Made by a program: the position numbers and the translations under genes. A stretch of 64,000 nucleotides of DNA, from positions 9,454 to 73,453 of the forward strand of contig JBBIRA010000001.1 in the NCBI GenBank assembly GCA_037442005.1. The letters run 5' to 3'. Position 1 is the stretch's first letter; each line of letters starts with the position of its first letter. The notes beneath the pieces were generated by a model, which saw nothing but the letters and a program-made list of their open reading frames with translations, did not search any database and had not been told where the DNA came from. This DNA comes from Leptospirillum sp. (lineage in GTDB: Bacteria > Nitrospirota > Leptospirillia > Leptospirillales > Leptospirillaceae). Positions 48,786 through 57,727 of this stretch are shown here, piece after piece.

Positions 48786-49334
48786 TTAATTATTTCCCAT
48801 TTTTTTCGCAGGTAGCGTTGTTTTTAAAATGCTTTTCAAGTTATCGAAGAAACCGGCATAGAACTCCGGGTTATCAACGGTTCCCCTGTGGGTGACGACC
48901 GTTGTGTATTCAGAGCCCACCGGGAAAAGTGGAATCATCCAGAGAAGGTGCCACCAGACGTATTCTTTCCGGTGAAACTCTGTTGTCTGATTGGCGGCCA
49001 GACTGACCTGGGTGATGTTGTTTCCAATGGGAACAAGCGTGACGGTGGATGTAATCTGATAAGAAGTGTTTTTATCGTTCTGGTCAGCCATTTCCCGATC
49101 GGCAAGAATGATGGAGTTTGTCTTATCTGCCGAGCGCACCATGAAACCCTGTTGGGAAAGAACCTGTAATACGGCTCCCCATGTTTTGTTTTCTGTGGCC
49201 GCAATGGATTCCGTATTCCCGTGAATCTCCTGAGAAGAGTCAAACGCCTGGTGATAAGACGGCTCGGATGAGCATCCCCAAAGGATGAGTAACCCCGCAA
49301 ACATTGCCACTTGTGAAATCTGTCTGAGCTTCAT
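48786..49334 (-). CDS. Lipoprotein, DUF2242-like
   Basis: Lipobox LWGC; 'VLSQQGF', 'TVDNPEFYAGFFDNL'; AAGGAGG RBS. Confidence 0.6.
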   Translation of the reverse strand: MKLRQISQVAMFAGLLILWGCSSEPSYHQAFDSSQEIHGNTESIAATENKTWGAVLQVLSQQGFMVRSADKTNSIILADREMADQNDKNTSYQITSTVTLVPIGNNITQVSLAANQTTEFHRKEYVWWHLLWMIPLFPVGSEYTTVVTHRGTVDNPEFYAGFFDNLKSILKTTLPAKKMGNN

Positions 49335-49423
49335 TTTTTTCCTCCTTTCTTTAGGCGTTGAAGAGAGCTTGTCTCAAGCTCTCTTGCCCGAAAGACTATA
49401 AGTCTGTTAACTCTATGTCTATC

Positions 49424-49463
49424 CAGCAAAAGTAGACCAACAAAGGTAGCCCTACTAAAGTAG
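49424..49463. promoter_or_regulatory. Three 12-bp boxes at 14-bp period, probable LuxR/NarL-family operators
   Basis: CAGCAAAAGTAG (49424), CAACAAAGGTAG (49438), near-palindromic CTACTAAAGTAG (49452). Confidence 0.6.
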
Positions 49464-49542
49464 TAAAAATGTCTATTCAGACATCATTTTTCTATTGATT
49501 TATTTGAATTAAGAAGTACAATTTGGATGCCCAAGTTTACTT

Positions 49543-50652
49543 ATGAATTGTTTTTATCAAACGCGTCGCTGGGGCATTTTATCGAGGTGGAAAATGCTCT
49601 CTAGATCAGATGTTTCAAATGTTTTGGCACTTGTTTCTTCGTTGCAGGGAATTCATGAGCAAAATGCCTTTTTTCGCGCATTGTTTGAGCGTCTCGAGGT
49701 GATGCTGAACAGTTCATCGATTGTGTTTGTTCCATATGATCGGAAAAAAGGTGCTTTTTGTTTTGAAGGGCATTATGCGCATCATATGGCGTCCACCCTT
49801 TTGATGGAGTACATCACCTATTACCACCTCATGGATCCCTTTGTTTATAGCGGGTGGGCAAGGGGGGATGGTTCCTGTGCGGCAATGTATGAAGATTTTA
49901 TTTCCCGTGAGGAACTTGAAAAGACCGAATTTATGAAGAAGTTCCTCTCCCGGGTGCCGCTTAAGGACTGTCTTGTCATCAAGATGCTCTATCAGGGAAA
50001 TCTGATGGGGGTCATTGCGGTTCACCGTCGGGAAGGGAATGGGTATTTTGGGGAAAGAGAAAGAGAGATCGCAGAGGTGCTCTGCGATCATTTGTCTGAA
50101 AAGCTGAACCATGTTCTCACATGGGATCAATGTAATGATTCATCAGGATCGGAAATTGGTGTTTTGATCATTGATTCTTGCTGTAACCCGTTGTATTCGA
50201 ATGGAGTGGCCAGGAAAGTTATGTCTGATATCTCGGAGGATCCGGCCAGAAGACTCTTTCAAGTGGCCCAAACCGGAGGAACCGCGACTTTCAGGACGGG
50301 TTTCGGGAGTTTTCGGGTCCGGAGTTTTCCTATCCGGACGATATCGGATGTTTTTTGTGAAACCAAGATTGCCAATGATGTTCTTGGACGGCAAGTCAAA
50401 GAAGCGTTCGTCGTTCTTCTTGAGCCCTTCACAACGTCAAAAACAATTGAAAAATCCCTAGCCCGGTCAGGACTTACTGTACGCCAGCAAACAGTCGTAT
50501 CGAAGCTGGTCCAGGGATTTTCGAACCGGGAAATTGCCAGGGAACTTCTGATTTCCGAGCAGACAGTGAAAGATCATCTTCATGATATCTTTGAAAAGCT
50601 TCGAGTCAGGAATCGTTGTGAGCTGGTTCTGTTTTTTACGGAAAACAGCTGA
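49543..50652 (+). CDS. LuxR-family one-component regulator (GAF/autoinducer-like domain + HTH)
   Basis: 'YYHLMDPF', 'GVIAVHR..FGERE'; HTH 'LTVRQ..GFSNREIARELLISEQTVKDHLHDIFEKL.VRNR'. Confidence 0.88.
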   Translation: MNCFYQTRRWGILSRWKMLSRSDVSNVLALVSSLQGIHEQNAFFRALFERLEVMLNSSSIVFVPYDRKKGAFCFEGHYAHHMASTLLMEYITYYHLMDPFVYSGWARGDGSCAAMYEDFISREELEKTEFMKKFLSRVPLKDCLVIKMLYQGNLMGVIAVHRREGNGYFGEREREIAEVLCDHLSEKLNHVLTWDQCNDSSGSEIGVLIIDSCCNPLYSNGVARKVMSDISEDPARRLFQVAQTGGTATFRTGFGSFRVRSFPIRTISDVFCETKIANDVLGRQVKEAFVVLLEPFTTSKTIEKSLARSGLTVRQQTVVSKLVQGFSNREIARELLISEQTVKDHLHDIFEKLRVRNRCELVLFFTENS

Positions 50653-50968
50653 CAGTTCTTTCAATTTCAGGTTGATGTCGAAAGTCGGAATTGTGTTTTC
50701 ACAAATTGAAACCGATGAGTGAGAAGGCGGGATGGAATACGCAAGCTTGGTTCTTTGTGAAGGAAAAGAGAGGGGGCGTTGGTTCTCATGGCTTTGCCGC
50801 CCTGAAAATCGCTTCAAGGATCTTGCTAATTCGTGTTTGATGGACTAATATTTCCCCGATTTCATCATGGATGTCGGCTCAGTGGTTTTTTCTTTGGCTG
50901 CAGGGTTCACCCGGGGAGGATTGCCTTCTGGTGTGGACCGTCGCCGTTAGCTTGGGGGGTATTGAGAA

Positions 50969-52363
50969 TTGATCCGTCGAGTGATTCACTGGGTCGCCAT
51001 GATTCATAATCCCATTTCCTGGACGTTGGGAAAGAGGATCTTCTCCCTCTTTATTCTGGTCTCTTTTTGGACGCTTCCTTCCCATGGCAATGTTTCATCC
51101 GGGCCTGCGTCAGTTGCCAATGCGTCCGTTCATATCCCTCAAGACACTCTTGTCCATGCTCTCCCGGTTTCCGGTTCAAGTTTTTCCCAAACATCAGGGC
51201 TTCTGGCGAGTGTTGTCTCCGGCACACCAGATGTTCTGAATGTCAATGGAAAACCTGCGATTCGATTTGTTTCGGGGCAGCCCGTTCTGGACCCTGATTA
51301 TCTGCCTTCTTTCCAGACACCGGCAGGGAATCATTATGAAACCAAAACAGATGAAGGGTATGTCATCACCTGGACCGTTCGCCCGGAACTCCAACGGGAT
51401 GTGGCACGTTTCGTCATAAAGAATCGGGTTCCTTACGGGATGTTTGTTGCTGTTGAGCCAAAAACCGGAGCTTTTCTGGCTTTTTACGGGAGTCAGGGTC
51501 GGGTTGAAACAGATTCCCTTGTCCAGAAAGCCACATATCCAGCCGCATCAATGTTCAAAGTCGTCACGACAGCGGATGCCCTTGCAAACAGGAAGATCAA
51601 TCCGGATACTGAAATCTATTTCCATGGGTGTCTTTATTGCATCGGTCCGGCCTATTGGACTGACAATCGCAGGCGGGACCGTCTGCATCTGTCAGTGACT
51701 GAAGCGCTGGGCAAATCAGTGAACATGATTTTTGCAAAGATTGCCCTGCGCTATCTGACGCCAGAAAATCTTCAGGCGACAGCGGACAGTTTTGGTTTTA
51801 ACAAAGAAATTCCCTCCGATGTTCCGTTTGAAATGAGCTCTGCGGTCATCCCGAGGGACCGGGATGGATTTGCAAGGAGTGCTGCGGGTTTTGGCCAGGT
51901 CCTGATCAGTCCGATTCATGCAGCGGTGATTGCGGGGGCATTATCCAATGGTGGAGTCATGATGAGGCCTCACCTGATCGCCCGTATTACCGGACCAGAT
52001 GGCCATGTCCTGTTTGCGTCTTCTCCTCAGGTTTTGGCAACCATCACTGATGCATCCATTTCCTCGACACTCTTGTCGATGATGCATTCCACAACATTGA
52101 GAGGGACGGGCAGAAGGGCATTTTTCCGGTGGCATCATGACCCTCTTCTCCGCAAAATTTCAGTAGCGGGTAAAACGGGAACATTGTCCGGATTGCATCC
52201 TGAAGGACTTTATGAGTGGTTTATGGGAATGGCCCCGATCGGAACACCCAGGATCGCTGTGGCGGCTTTGACCATTGACCGGGGATACTGGAGGATCAAG
52301 GGAACGGATATTGCCAGCAGAGGGCTCAGGACGTATTTCCGTAAAGCTGGCGATAACGAATAG
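50969..52363 (+). CDS. Penicillin-binding transpeptidase-domain protein
   Basis: SxxK 'ASMFK', SxN 'KSVN', 'GKTGT'; N-terminal signal/anchor; no dimerisation domain. Confidence 0.88.
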   Translation: MIRRVIHWVAMIHNPISWTLGKRIFSLFILVSFWTLPSHGNVSSGPASVANASVHIPQDTLVHALPVSGSSFSQTSGLLASVVSGTPDVLNVNGKPAIRFVSGQPVLDPDYLPSFQTPAGNHYETKTDEGYVITWTVRPELQRDVARFVIKNRVPYGMFVAVEPKTGAFLAFYGSQGRVETDSLVQKATYPAASMFKVVTTADALANRKINPDTEIYFHGCLYCIGPAYWTDNRRRDRLHLSVTEALGKSVNMIFAKIALRYLTPENLQATADSFGFNKEIPSDVPFEMSSAVIPRDRDGFARSAAGFGQVLISPIHAAVIAGALSNGGVMMRPHLIARITGPDGHVLFASSPQVLATITDASISSTLLSMMHSTTLRGTGRRAFFRWHHDPLLRKISVAGKTGTLSGLHPEGLYEWFMGMAPIGTPRIAVAALTIDRGYWRIKGTDIASRGLRTYFRKAGDNE

Positions 52364-52582
52364 GAAGCCGGAAAGCGACAGGATCTCTTTGCGCTTTCCC
52401 GTGAGAGGTGCTTCCCCTTTCTCTCACGAACAACGCCTTAATAGATGAAGGGGATGTTGGTTGTGAGTTCCGGAAGGGTGGGGTTGTCCTTTAGTTGCGT
52501 CATCAATAAGGATATGAAAAGAAAGTGGCATCTTTATTAACCGTTATCCCGATAGACGTTGTTTTCGGAAGGGGGAATGATT

Positions 52583-52993
52583 ATGGTGATGGTAAAAAAG
52601 GTCATGACAAAAAATCCGATGACCGTTGAGATGACAACGACAGCCCGGGAAGTTGCTGAAATCATGAAGACCAAGAAGGTAGGCAGCATTTTGGTTATGC
52701 AAGGTGAGAAAACGGTCGGGATTATTACCGAGGCTGATATTGTCAGAAAAGTGGTTGGGGAAGATCGTATTCCTTATGTGACCCATGTTTCGACCATCAT
52801 GAGTGCTCCGGTGCTTTCGATCAATTCTGAGGCTTCAATCTATGACGCGCAGGATCTGATGGACAAACATCATATCCGCCATCTCCTTGTTGTTGAAGAT
52901 GATGAAGTTGTCGGTCTGATTTCAATCCGCGACCTCATCCATCCGGCTTATTTGGGAAGAGAAGACTCCTGGGATAGTGGTCATACTGAATAA
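52583..52993 (+). CDS. CBS-pair protein
   Basis: 'VKKVMT', 'GIITEADI', 'IRHLLV', 'GLISIRDL'. Confidence 0.9.
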   Translation: MVMVKKVMTKNPMTVEMTTTAREVAEIMKTKKVGSILVMQGEKTVGIITEADIVRKVVGEDRIPYVTHVSTIMSAPVLSINSEASIYDAQDLMDKHHIRHLLVVEDDEVVGLISIRDLIHPAYLGREDSWDSGHTE

Positions 52994-53005
52994 CTCGTTT
53001 TATGG

Positions 53006-53035
53006 AACTGGGCGGGAGGTTTCCTGCCCGGTTTT
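53006..53035 (+). terminator. Intrinsic terminator after CBS gene
   Basis: AACTGGGCGGGA-GGTT-TCCTGCCCGGTT then T-run. Confidence 0.65.
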
Positions 53036-53168
53036 CTTCCTCCTTCCCCCCCTGATATCTTCATTTCTTCCACTCACGTGTTCGATGGTTGTATCCTTTC
53101 GCCATTATTTCACGTTCTAAACCCAAGAGCAGAAGTAGATAAAAATGACCCCTGGAATGTTGATTGTA

Positions 53169-53197
53169 TTGACAATCGATTTTGCGACAGGTATAAC
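53169..53197 (+). promoter_or_regulatory. Near-consensus sigma70 promoter with no long downstream ORF
   Basis: TTGACA (53169), 17 bp, TATAAC (53192). Confidence 0.65.
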
Positions 53198-53201
53198 CAA
53201 C

Positions 53202-53490
53202 GGGCTTTTGTATAGGGATGGGGAGTACGCTCCCTCAATGGAAGGCTGATTCCCAGTCATATCGGCTAGGATCACAAATAGTGCTGGTGTTTGAGCCGGC
53301 AGTAATGATCACCACGGCAGGAGCATGGGGCGAATGAAATCCCGTTGGGGTGTGTTTTCGCAAAGCCAGCTTTTCCTATTTTGGAAAGGGACAAAATGAG
53401 TCAAGACGGAAGTCCTTGGCGGAAGGAACGCCAGAGGAGGGAGATGGAGGTTTAATATTTGTTCTCTAATCTTTTCTCTCCCTCATTTTT
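53202..53490 (+). ncRNA. Candidate structured small RNA (or small-ORF transcript), family not recognised
   Basis: Upstream promoter, several hairpins, 13 GGA trinucleotides, GAGGGAGA/TCTCCCTC stem followed by ATTTTT. Confidence 0.4.
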
Positions 53491-53812
53491 CTCCCGTTTC
53501 TGTCCGCTTTTTTAAATCCTGAAAAAATCTGTAATCAAAAACAGCACTCAAGAGTAAGCTTCCTGTTCGCTTCGGATCAAAAACGACCGGATTTTCCTCT
53601 GCGGGTACGAGAGGTTTGTCGTTTTTTATAAGGAATCGTTCCCGGGTAGTTGGTGACCGATCAGCTGCTGGTTTTTGGGGGGATTCTCTCTTGAGATGAG
53701 CGCGAGCATCCGGGTGGACCGCTTTGGAGGAGATTATTTTCTCCTCTGGATGGGCTATTTTCGGGGAGGTTAATCACGTTCCCCCCGGGATTTTTAGGGT
53801 CTCACTTCTCTG

Positions 53813-53950
53813 TTGACAGAGCCAGGACAGGCAGGTATGATCTTTATGAAATTGAGAGTCATTATCATATTTAAAAATTGGCATCCGTTTATTGACAGGT
53901 TCTCGGAAATTTCCTATATTGATACCTGGTATCAATAATACTTAGTCTCA
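53813..53950 (+). promoter_or_regulatory. Tandem sigma70 promoters with three Fur-type 7-1-7 boxes
   Basis: TTGACA-17-TATGAT (53813-53841); TTGACA-17-TATATT (53892-53920); boxes at 53853, 53920, 53936. Confidence 0.7.
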
Positions 53951-53993
53951 GCCTGGTTTATTATTTTTTGGCCCTTTCCCTTATCTAAAGAAT

Positions 53994-54605
53994 TTGACAA
54001 TGTGGAGAATAGAAATGCTCAAATTACGAATCCTTTCCTTTCCAGGAATTTCGCTCCTGAAGTTCGGGTTTCCTGTTCTGACCCTTTTGGCTTTGGTTGC
54101 CTGTTCGAGTGATCCATTCGTTTCCCGTCAGGATTTATTCGGGCAATTTTCGAAAGATGAAAAAAAGGGCCATTTTCTTCAGGCAAAATCGGATCTGTCG
54201 AAAATCCTGAAATCCCATCCCTCCGATGCTATTGCTTGGAATGATTTGGCCTATCTGGATTTTCTCGGTCATCATTATCGCAAGGCGGAAGGGGATCTTG
54301 CCCAAGGTCTGGCGGTCAATCCCCATAATTCCTTTTTGCTTTTAAATCAATCCAGAATTCTTCTGGCTCAAGGCAAAAACAGGGAAGCCCGTACACTTCT
54401 CCTTTCCATGTTGCCCTCTCACCCCTGGCCGAAGGGGTTCCGGATGATGCTGGCGATTGCGGATTCCCGCACCGGACATAAGGAGGCGGCCCGTCTTCTG
54501 TTCGAGGAAATTCTGTCCAGGCACCCGGACGATACACTGGCCTCTCTTTATCTGACGAGACTCAATCGGGAGTCCTCCCGGATAAAGGTGTCGGAAAATG
54601 GGTAA
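53994..54605 (+). CDS. TPR lipoprotein
   Basis: Lipobox LVAC; TPRs 'AIAWNDLAYL', 'LLLNQSRILLAQGK'. Confidence 0.75.
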   Translation: MTMWRIEMLKLRILSFPGISLLKFGFPVLTLLALVACSSDPFVSRQDLFGQFSKDEKKGHFLQAKSDLSKILKSHPSDAIAWNDLAYLDFLGHHYRKAEGDLAQGLAVNPHNSFLLLNQSRILLAQGKNREARTLLLSMLPSHPWPKGFRMMLAIADSRTGHKEAARLLFEEILSRHPDDTLASLYLTRLNRESSRIKVSENG

Positions 54606-55704
54606 GGGAACAAAACGCATTCAATGCGTCCTCTTTTTCCTGGTCAACGTGTTCGGGATGGTTTTGATGGTGAGCGGTTTTTTCTTCGTCCCCGGGCGGG
54701 TTTGGGCCGAGGATCCACCGCTTGAGCTGACGCCTCCTTCGGCTTATGAGGAGGATCGGAATAAGGATCTGATCCCGGATCTTGAACCGCTCGAGCCCAA
54801 ATATCTCCCTTGGGGACCCAATACCAGCGGGCCTTTTTTTACGGGAACGGCAGAGGTCGAGCCTGTGGGGTCCTTTTTTCTGGAACCTTACTGGTTTGAT
54901 TATCTTCAGCCGGGAATCGGGTTCTCCTCCCTCTCTATGCCGGAACGCATTTCCATCGGGTTGATGCAGAACTGGGAGTTTGATATGTCGATTCCGTTCG
55001 TGTCGAACCATGGGGAATCGCCGACGACGCCTGCCGGACAGTCCGTCAATTCATTTGGAATGGGAGATACGCTCCTGTGGCTCAAGCGTCAGTTAACCTC
55101 TGACGCGGATGTGTATCATTTCTTTGCAAGACCGGCAATCACTCTGGAAGGTCAGGTGACCCTTCCGACCGGACACTTCCTGAATTTGAACCCCCAGCTC
55201 TATGGCATCGACCAGACAGGGGATGGGACATACGATGAAGGGTTGTATGTGATCGTCCGGAAGCATTTCAAGCCATTCATGTTTTATCTTCAGGTGGGCG
55301 ATATCATTGAAAATCCGACCGATGTGGGTCCGGGATTTACTTTTAACAATGGTCTTACCGTCACAAACGCGGCCCAGCCTGTTGTTAACGGAAACCTGCT
55401 CTATTATGCCGGCGCGCTGGAACATGTGTTAAATGATCAGTGGGGAGCGGGGTACGTTCTCGAATTCTTTGGAGAGAGCCAGTCAGGACAAGGGGTATTT
55501 GGCGCAGCCAACGCGCCTGCCTGGTCATTTTTCTGGGTCGATCCATCGATCGAAGTTTCCTGGCCCAATGAAGGCGCCGTCACTGTGACCTGGGGAGCGG
55601 GCGTGGCCCTTCCGGTCTATCAGTCCAACTACCCTCAGACCTACACCCCGATGGGAACGATTACCATTTACTATAACGGACCATTCGGTTATCGAGGGGA
55701 ATGA
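54598..55704 (+). CDS. Putative outer-membrane beta-barrel channel (MetA-pathway/SphA-like)
   Basis: Signal peptide (..GRVWA), 'SGPFFT', 'GMGDTLLWLKRQL', 'VTLPTG', 'GDGTYD', amphipathic strands, strongly acidic. Confidence 0.6.
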   Translation: MGKGTKRIQCVLFFLVNVFGMVLMVSGFFFVPGRVWAEDPPLELTPPSAYEEDRNKDLIPDLEPLEPKYLPWGPNTSGPFFTGTAEVEPVGSFFLEPYWFDYLQPGIGFSSLSMPERISIGLMQNWEFDMSIPFVSNHGESPTTPAGQSVNSFGMGDTLLWLKRQLTSDADVYHFFARPAITLEGQVTLPTGHFLNLNPQLYGIDQTGDGTYDEGLYVIVRKHFKPFMFYLQVGDIIENPTDVGPGFTFNNGLTVTNAAQPVVNGNLLYYAGALEHVLNDQWGAGYVLEFFGESQSGQGVFGAANAPAWSFFWVDPSIEVSWPNEGAVTVTWGAGVALPVYQSNYPQTYTPMGTITIYYNGPFGYRGE

Positions 55705-56831
55705 GATGAATCCGTTGGAAGGTGTTTCCGGACAATCCCGGTAATCGTGCGGGTGAGATCCTCCTCCCACGGGAGGCAGACTGAGAGACGGATCCGTTCT
55801 TCCCCCGGGGCGACTGTCGGAGGGCCAATAACAGAGGTGATGAGTCCGTTTAACCGAAATTCCTCCTGAATCGCCTGAAGATTTTCAAGTGGTCCCCTGA
55901 GGGGGATCACCGGAGAGCCGGAGAGGGGAAGGTTGAGTGCTTCCCGGAGTGTTCGTGCCGTTTTTTGAAGGGCCGGAACAAGGGTTTCATCCTGGTCAAG
56001 AATGGTCAATGCTGCAAGATTACCGGCAAGAACTCCCGGGGGAAGGGCGGTGGTGTAGATAAAACTCCGGCCAACGGATACCAGAAGTTCACGGATCAGC
56101 GGGTGACAGACGACAAACCCCCCCAGGACTCCCAGCGCTTTTGAAAACGTTCCGCTTAAAACCATTCTTTGGGGATTAAACGCCAGGGCAGCCGCCTCAA
56201 GCCCCCCTCTTCCTCCGGGTCCGAGCGTTCCTGTGCCATGGGCATCATCGATCAGTAACATCCCGTCATACTCATCACAGAAGCCGAGGAGAGCGGCAAG
56301 CGGTCCCCGGTCGCCATCCATGCTGAAGAGGGCTTCCGTGATGATCAGAAAGGGTTCTCCGACAGGCCGGTTTTCGATCATTTCCTTTAGCGTGATCAGA
56401 TCATTGTGCGGGTAAATTTCACAGCGGTTTCCCGAGAGACGGATTCCGTCAATGAGCGAGGCATGGATATGTCTGTCGGAATAAATGGTCGGATAAAGGG
56501 TGGAGAGCGCTCTGATCGCGGCGAGATTGGCCTGATATCCTGTTGAAAAGACAAGCGCTGAGGGACCCCCCTTGAAGTCGGCAATCGCTTCTTCAAGCAG
56601 GGCGTTTAAAGGATGATTCCCGGATAAAAGTCGTGACCCGGTGGCCCCGGCGCCATATTCTTTTGTGGCGGAGCAGATGGCTTCAATGACCGCCGGGTGT
56701 CTGGAAAGGCCCAGATAATCGTTCGATGAAAGATGATGGGTCCCGCTTCCGGGAAGGGTCTTTTTCCTGCCGCTTGAGGCGAGGTCCGAAAGCCTGGATT
56801 CGAGCAATTGCCTGAAGGTCATCTGGTTCAT
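55689..56831 (-). CDS. bioF: 8-amino-7-oxononanoate synthase
   Basis: 'SSNDYLGL', 'GATGSRLLSG', 'HASLIDG', 'FSMDGD', 'DDAHG', 'GTFSKALG'. Confidence 0.93.
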   Translation of the reverse strand: MNQMTFRQLLESRLSDLASSGRKKTLPGSGTHHLSSNDYLGLSRHPAVIEAICSATKEYGAGATGSRLLSGNHPLNALLEEAIADFKGGPSALVFSTGYQANLAAIRALSTLYPTIYSDRHIHASLIDGIRLSGNRCEIYPHNDLITLKEMIENRPVGEPFLIITEALFSMDGDRGPLAALLGFCDEYDGMLLIDDAHGTGTLGPGGRGGLEAAALAFNPQRMVLSGTFSKALGVLGGFVVCHPLIRELLVSVGRSFIYTTALPPGVLAGNLAALTILDQDETLVPALQKTARTLREALNLPLSGSPVIPLRGPLENLQAIQEEFRLNGLITSVIGPPTVAPGEERIRLSVCLPWEEDLTRTITGIVRKHLPTDSSHSPR

Positions 56832-57727
56832 TCTGTCTCCCGGGAGAGGTGGTCAAGAAGGTCTGGTGAAGAAGAGGGAGGGGCAATGGACATGATCGAA
56901 TCAAACAGAACCGCCTGTTTTGTCAGTGACAGGGTCAACTCTAAAATCTCGCTCCGGGTGGGATTTTTCCCGAGGAGATAGATTCTCCCGCCACCGGGGT
57001 GACCTTCCGGTTTGAGATGGGGCAGACGGATATAGCCGGTCTTTTGTGTGGCGATGTACCCAGTCGTATAGCCTGGGTCATCGGACAGGCAAACCTCGAG
57101 AAGGACGAGCGGGTGGGCGGTGACCTTTGTGGCCAGCATCAGCGCTTCAGGAAAGCGTCTTCCGGTGATTCCGGCGCTTTGTGCCTCCTCCATGAGTTGT
57201 TTCCGGACGGTTGGCAAGATCCCGATATGGGAAGTCCGGACCCCGCCATCGGGGAGACTGATGATCTTTCCGGAAGAGGACATCAGCGTCGCCCCCCATT
57301 CGGCGGGGTAGCCGGGTTCAAGAAACAGGCGGACCTGTTCTAAGACCTTTCTTGCTGTTTCCGAAGCCCCGCTCTTCTCCTTAAGCAGTGCCCTCAGCGC
57401 CTCCTCCAGAAAAGATCGAGTGGTTTCGGGATTGTCAGAGGCAAGCTGTCGTACCGGCAGAAGAGCGCACCTCTTGAGCGCACTTTCCCGGACCCCCTCT
57501 ACTTTAATGGACAGGGAAAGCTCCTGCCGGGAGGATCTGTCGCATGAGCCAAGACCCTGCAGAAGGAGACGGTGAATTCCCGATTCTAGACCCTCTTCTT
57601 CGAGGAGATCTTCTCCCCCCGAGAGATGTCTGCCTGCCATTGAGGCTCTCATCCGGACCGAGTAAAAACCGGAGGGCAGCCCGGTCTTCTCTTCTTTTGC
57701 CAACATGCCGCTTTTTTCTTCAGCCAT
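56828..57727 (-). CDS. bioW: Pimeloyl-CoA synthetase
   Basis: 'YSVRMRAS..HLSGGE', 'EALMLATKV', 'EVCLSDDPGYTTGY', 'GGRIY'. Confidence 0.88.
   Translation of the reverse strand: MAEEKSGMLAKEEKTGLPSGFYSVRMRASMAGRHLSGGEDLLEEEGLESGIHRLLLQGLGSCDRSSRQELSLSIKVEGVRESALKRCALLPVRQLASDNPETTRSFLEEALRALLKEKSGASETARKVLEQVRLFLEPGYPAEWGATLMSSSGKIISLPDGGVRTSHIGILPTVRKQLMEEAQSAGITGRRFPEALMLATKVTAHPLVLLEVCLSDDPGYTTGYIATQKTGYIRLPHLKPEGHPGGGRIYLLGKNPTRSEILELTLSLTKQAVLFDSIMSIAPPSSSPDLLDHLSRETE

Noticed and set aside
53220-53368. Fragments resembling yybP-ykoY (GGGGAGTA), FMN and c-di-GMP-I (CGCAAAGCC) riboswitches
   Set aside because: Only short isolated matches; the remaining consensus elements are absent
53404-53432. 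GACGGAAGT...GAAGGAACGC resembles the 3' half of the glutamine (glnA) riboswitch
   Set aside because: No upstream CGTTC P1 strand or proper P2/P3, and no nitrogen gene downstream
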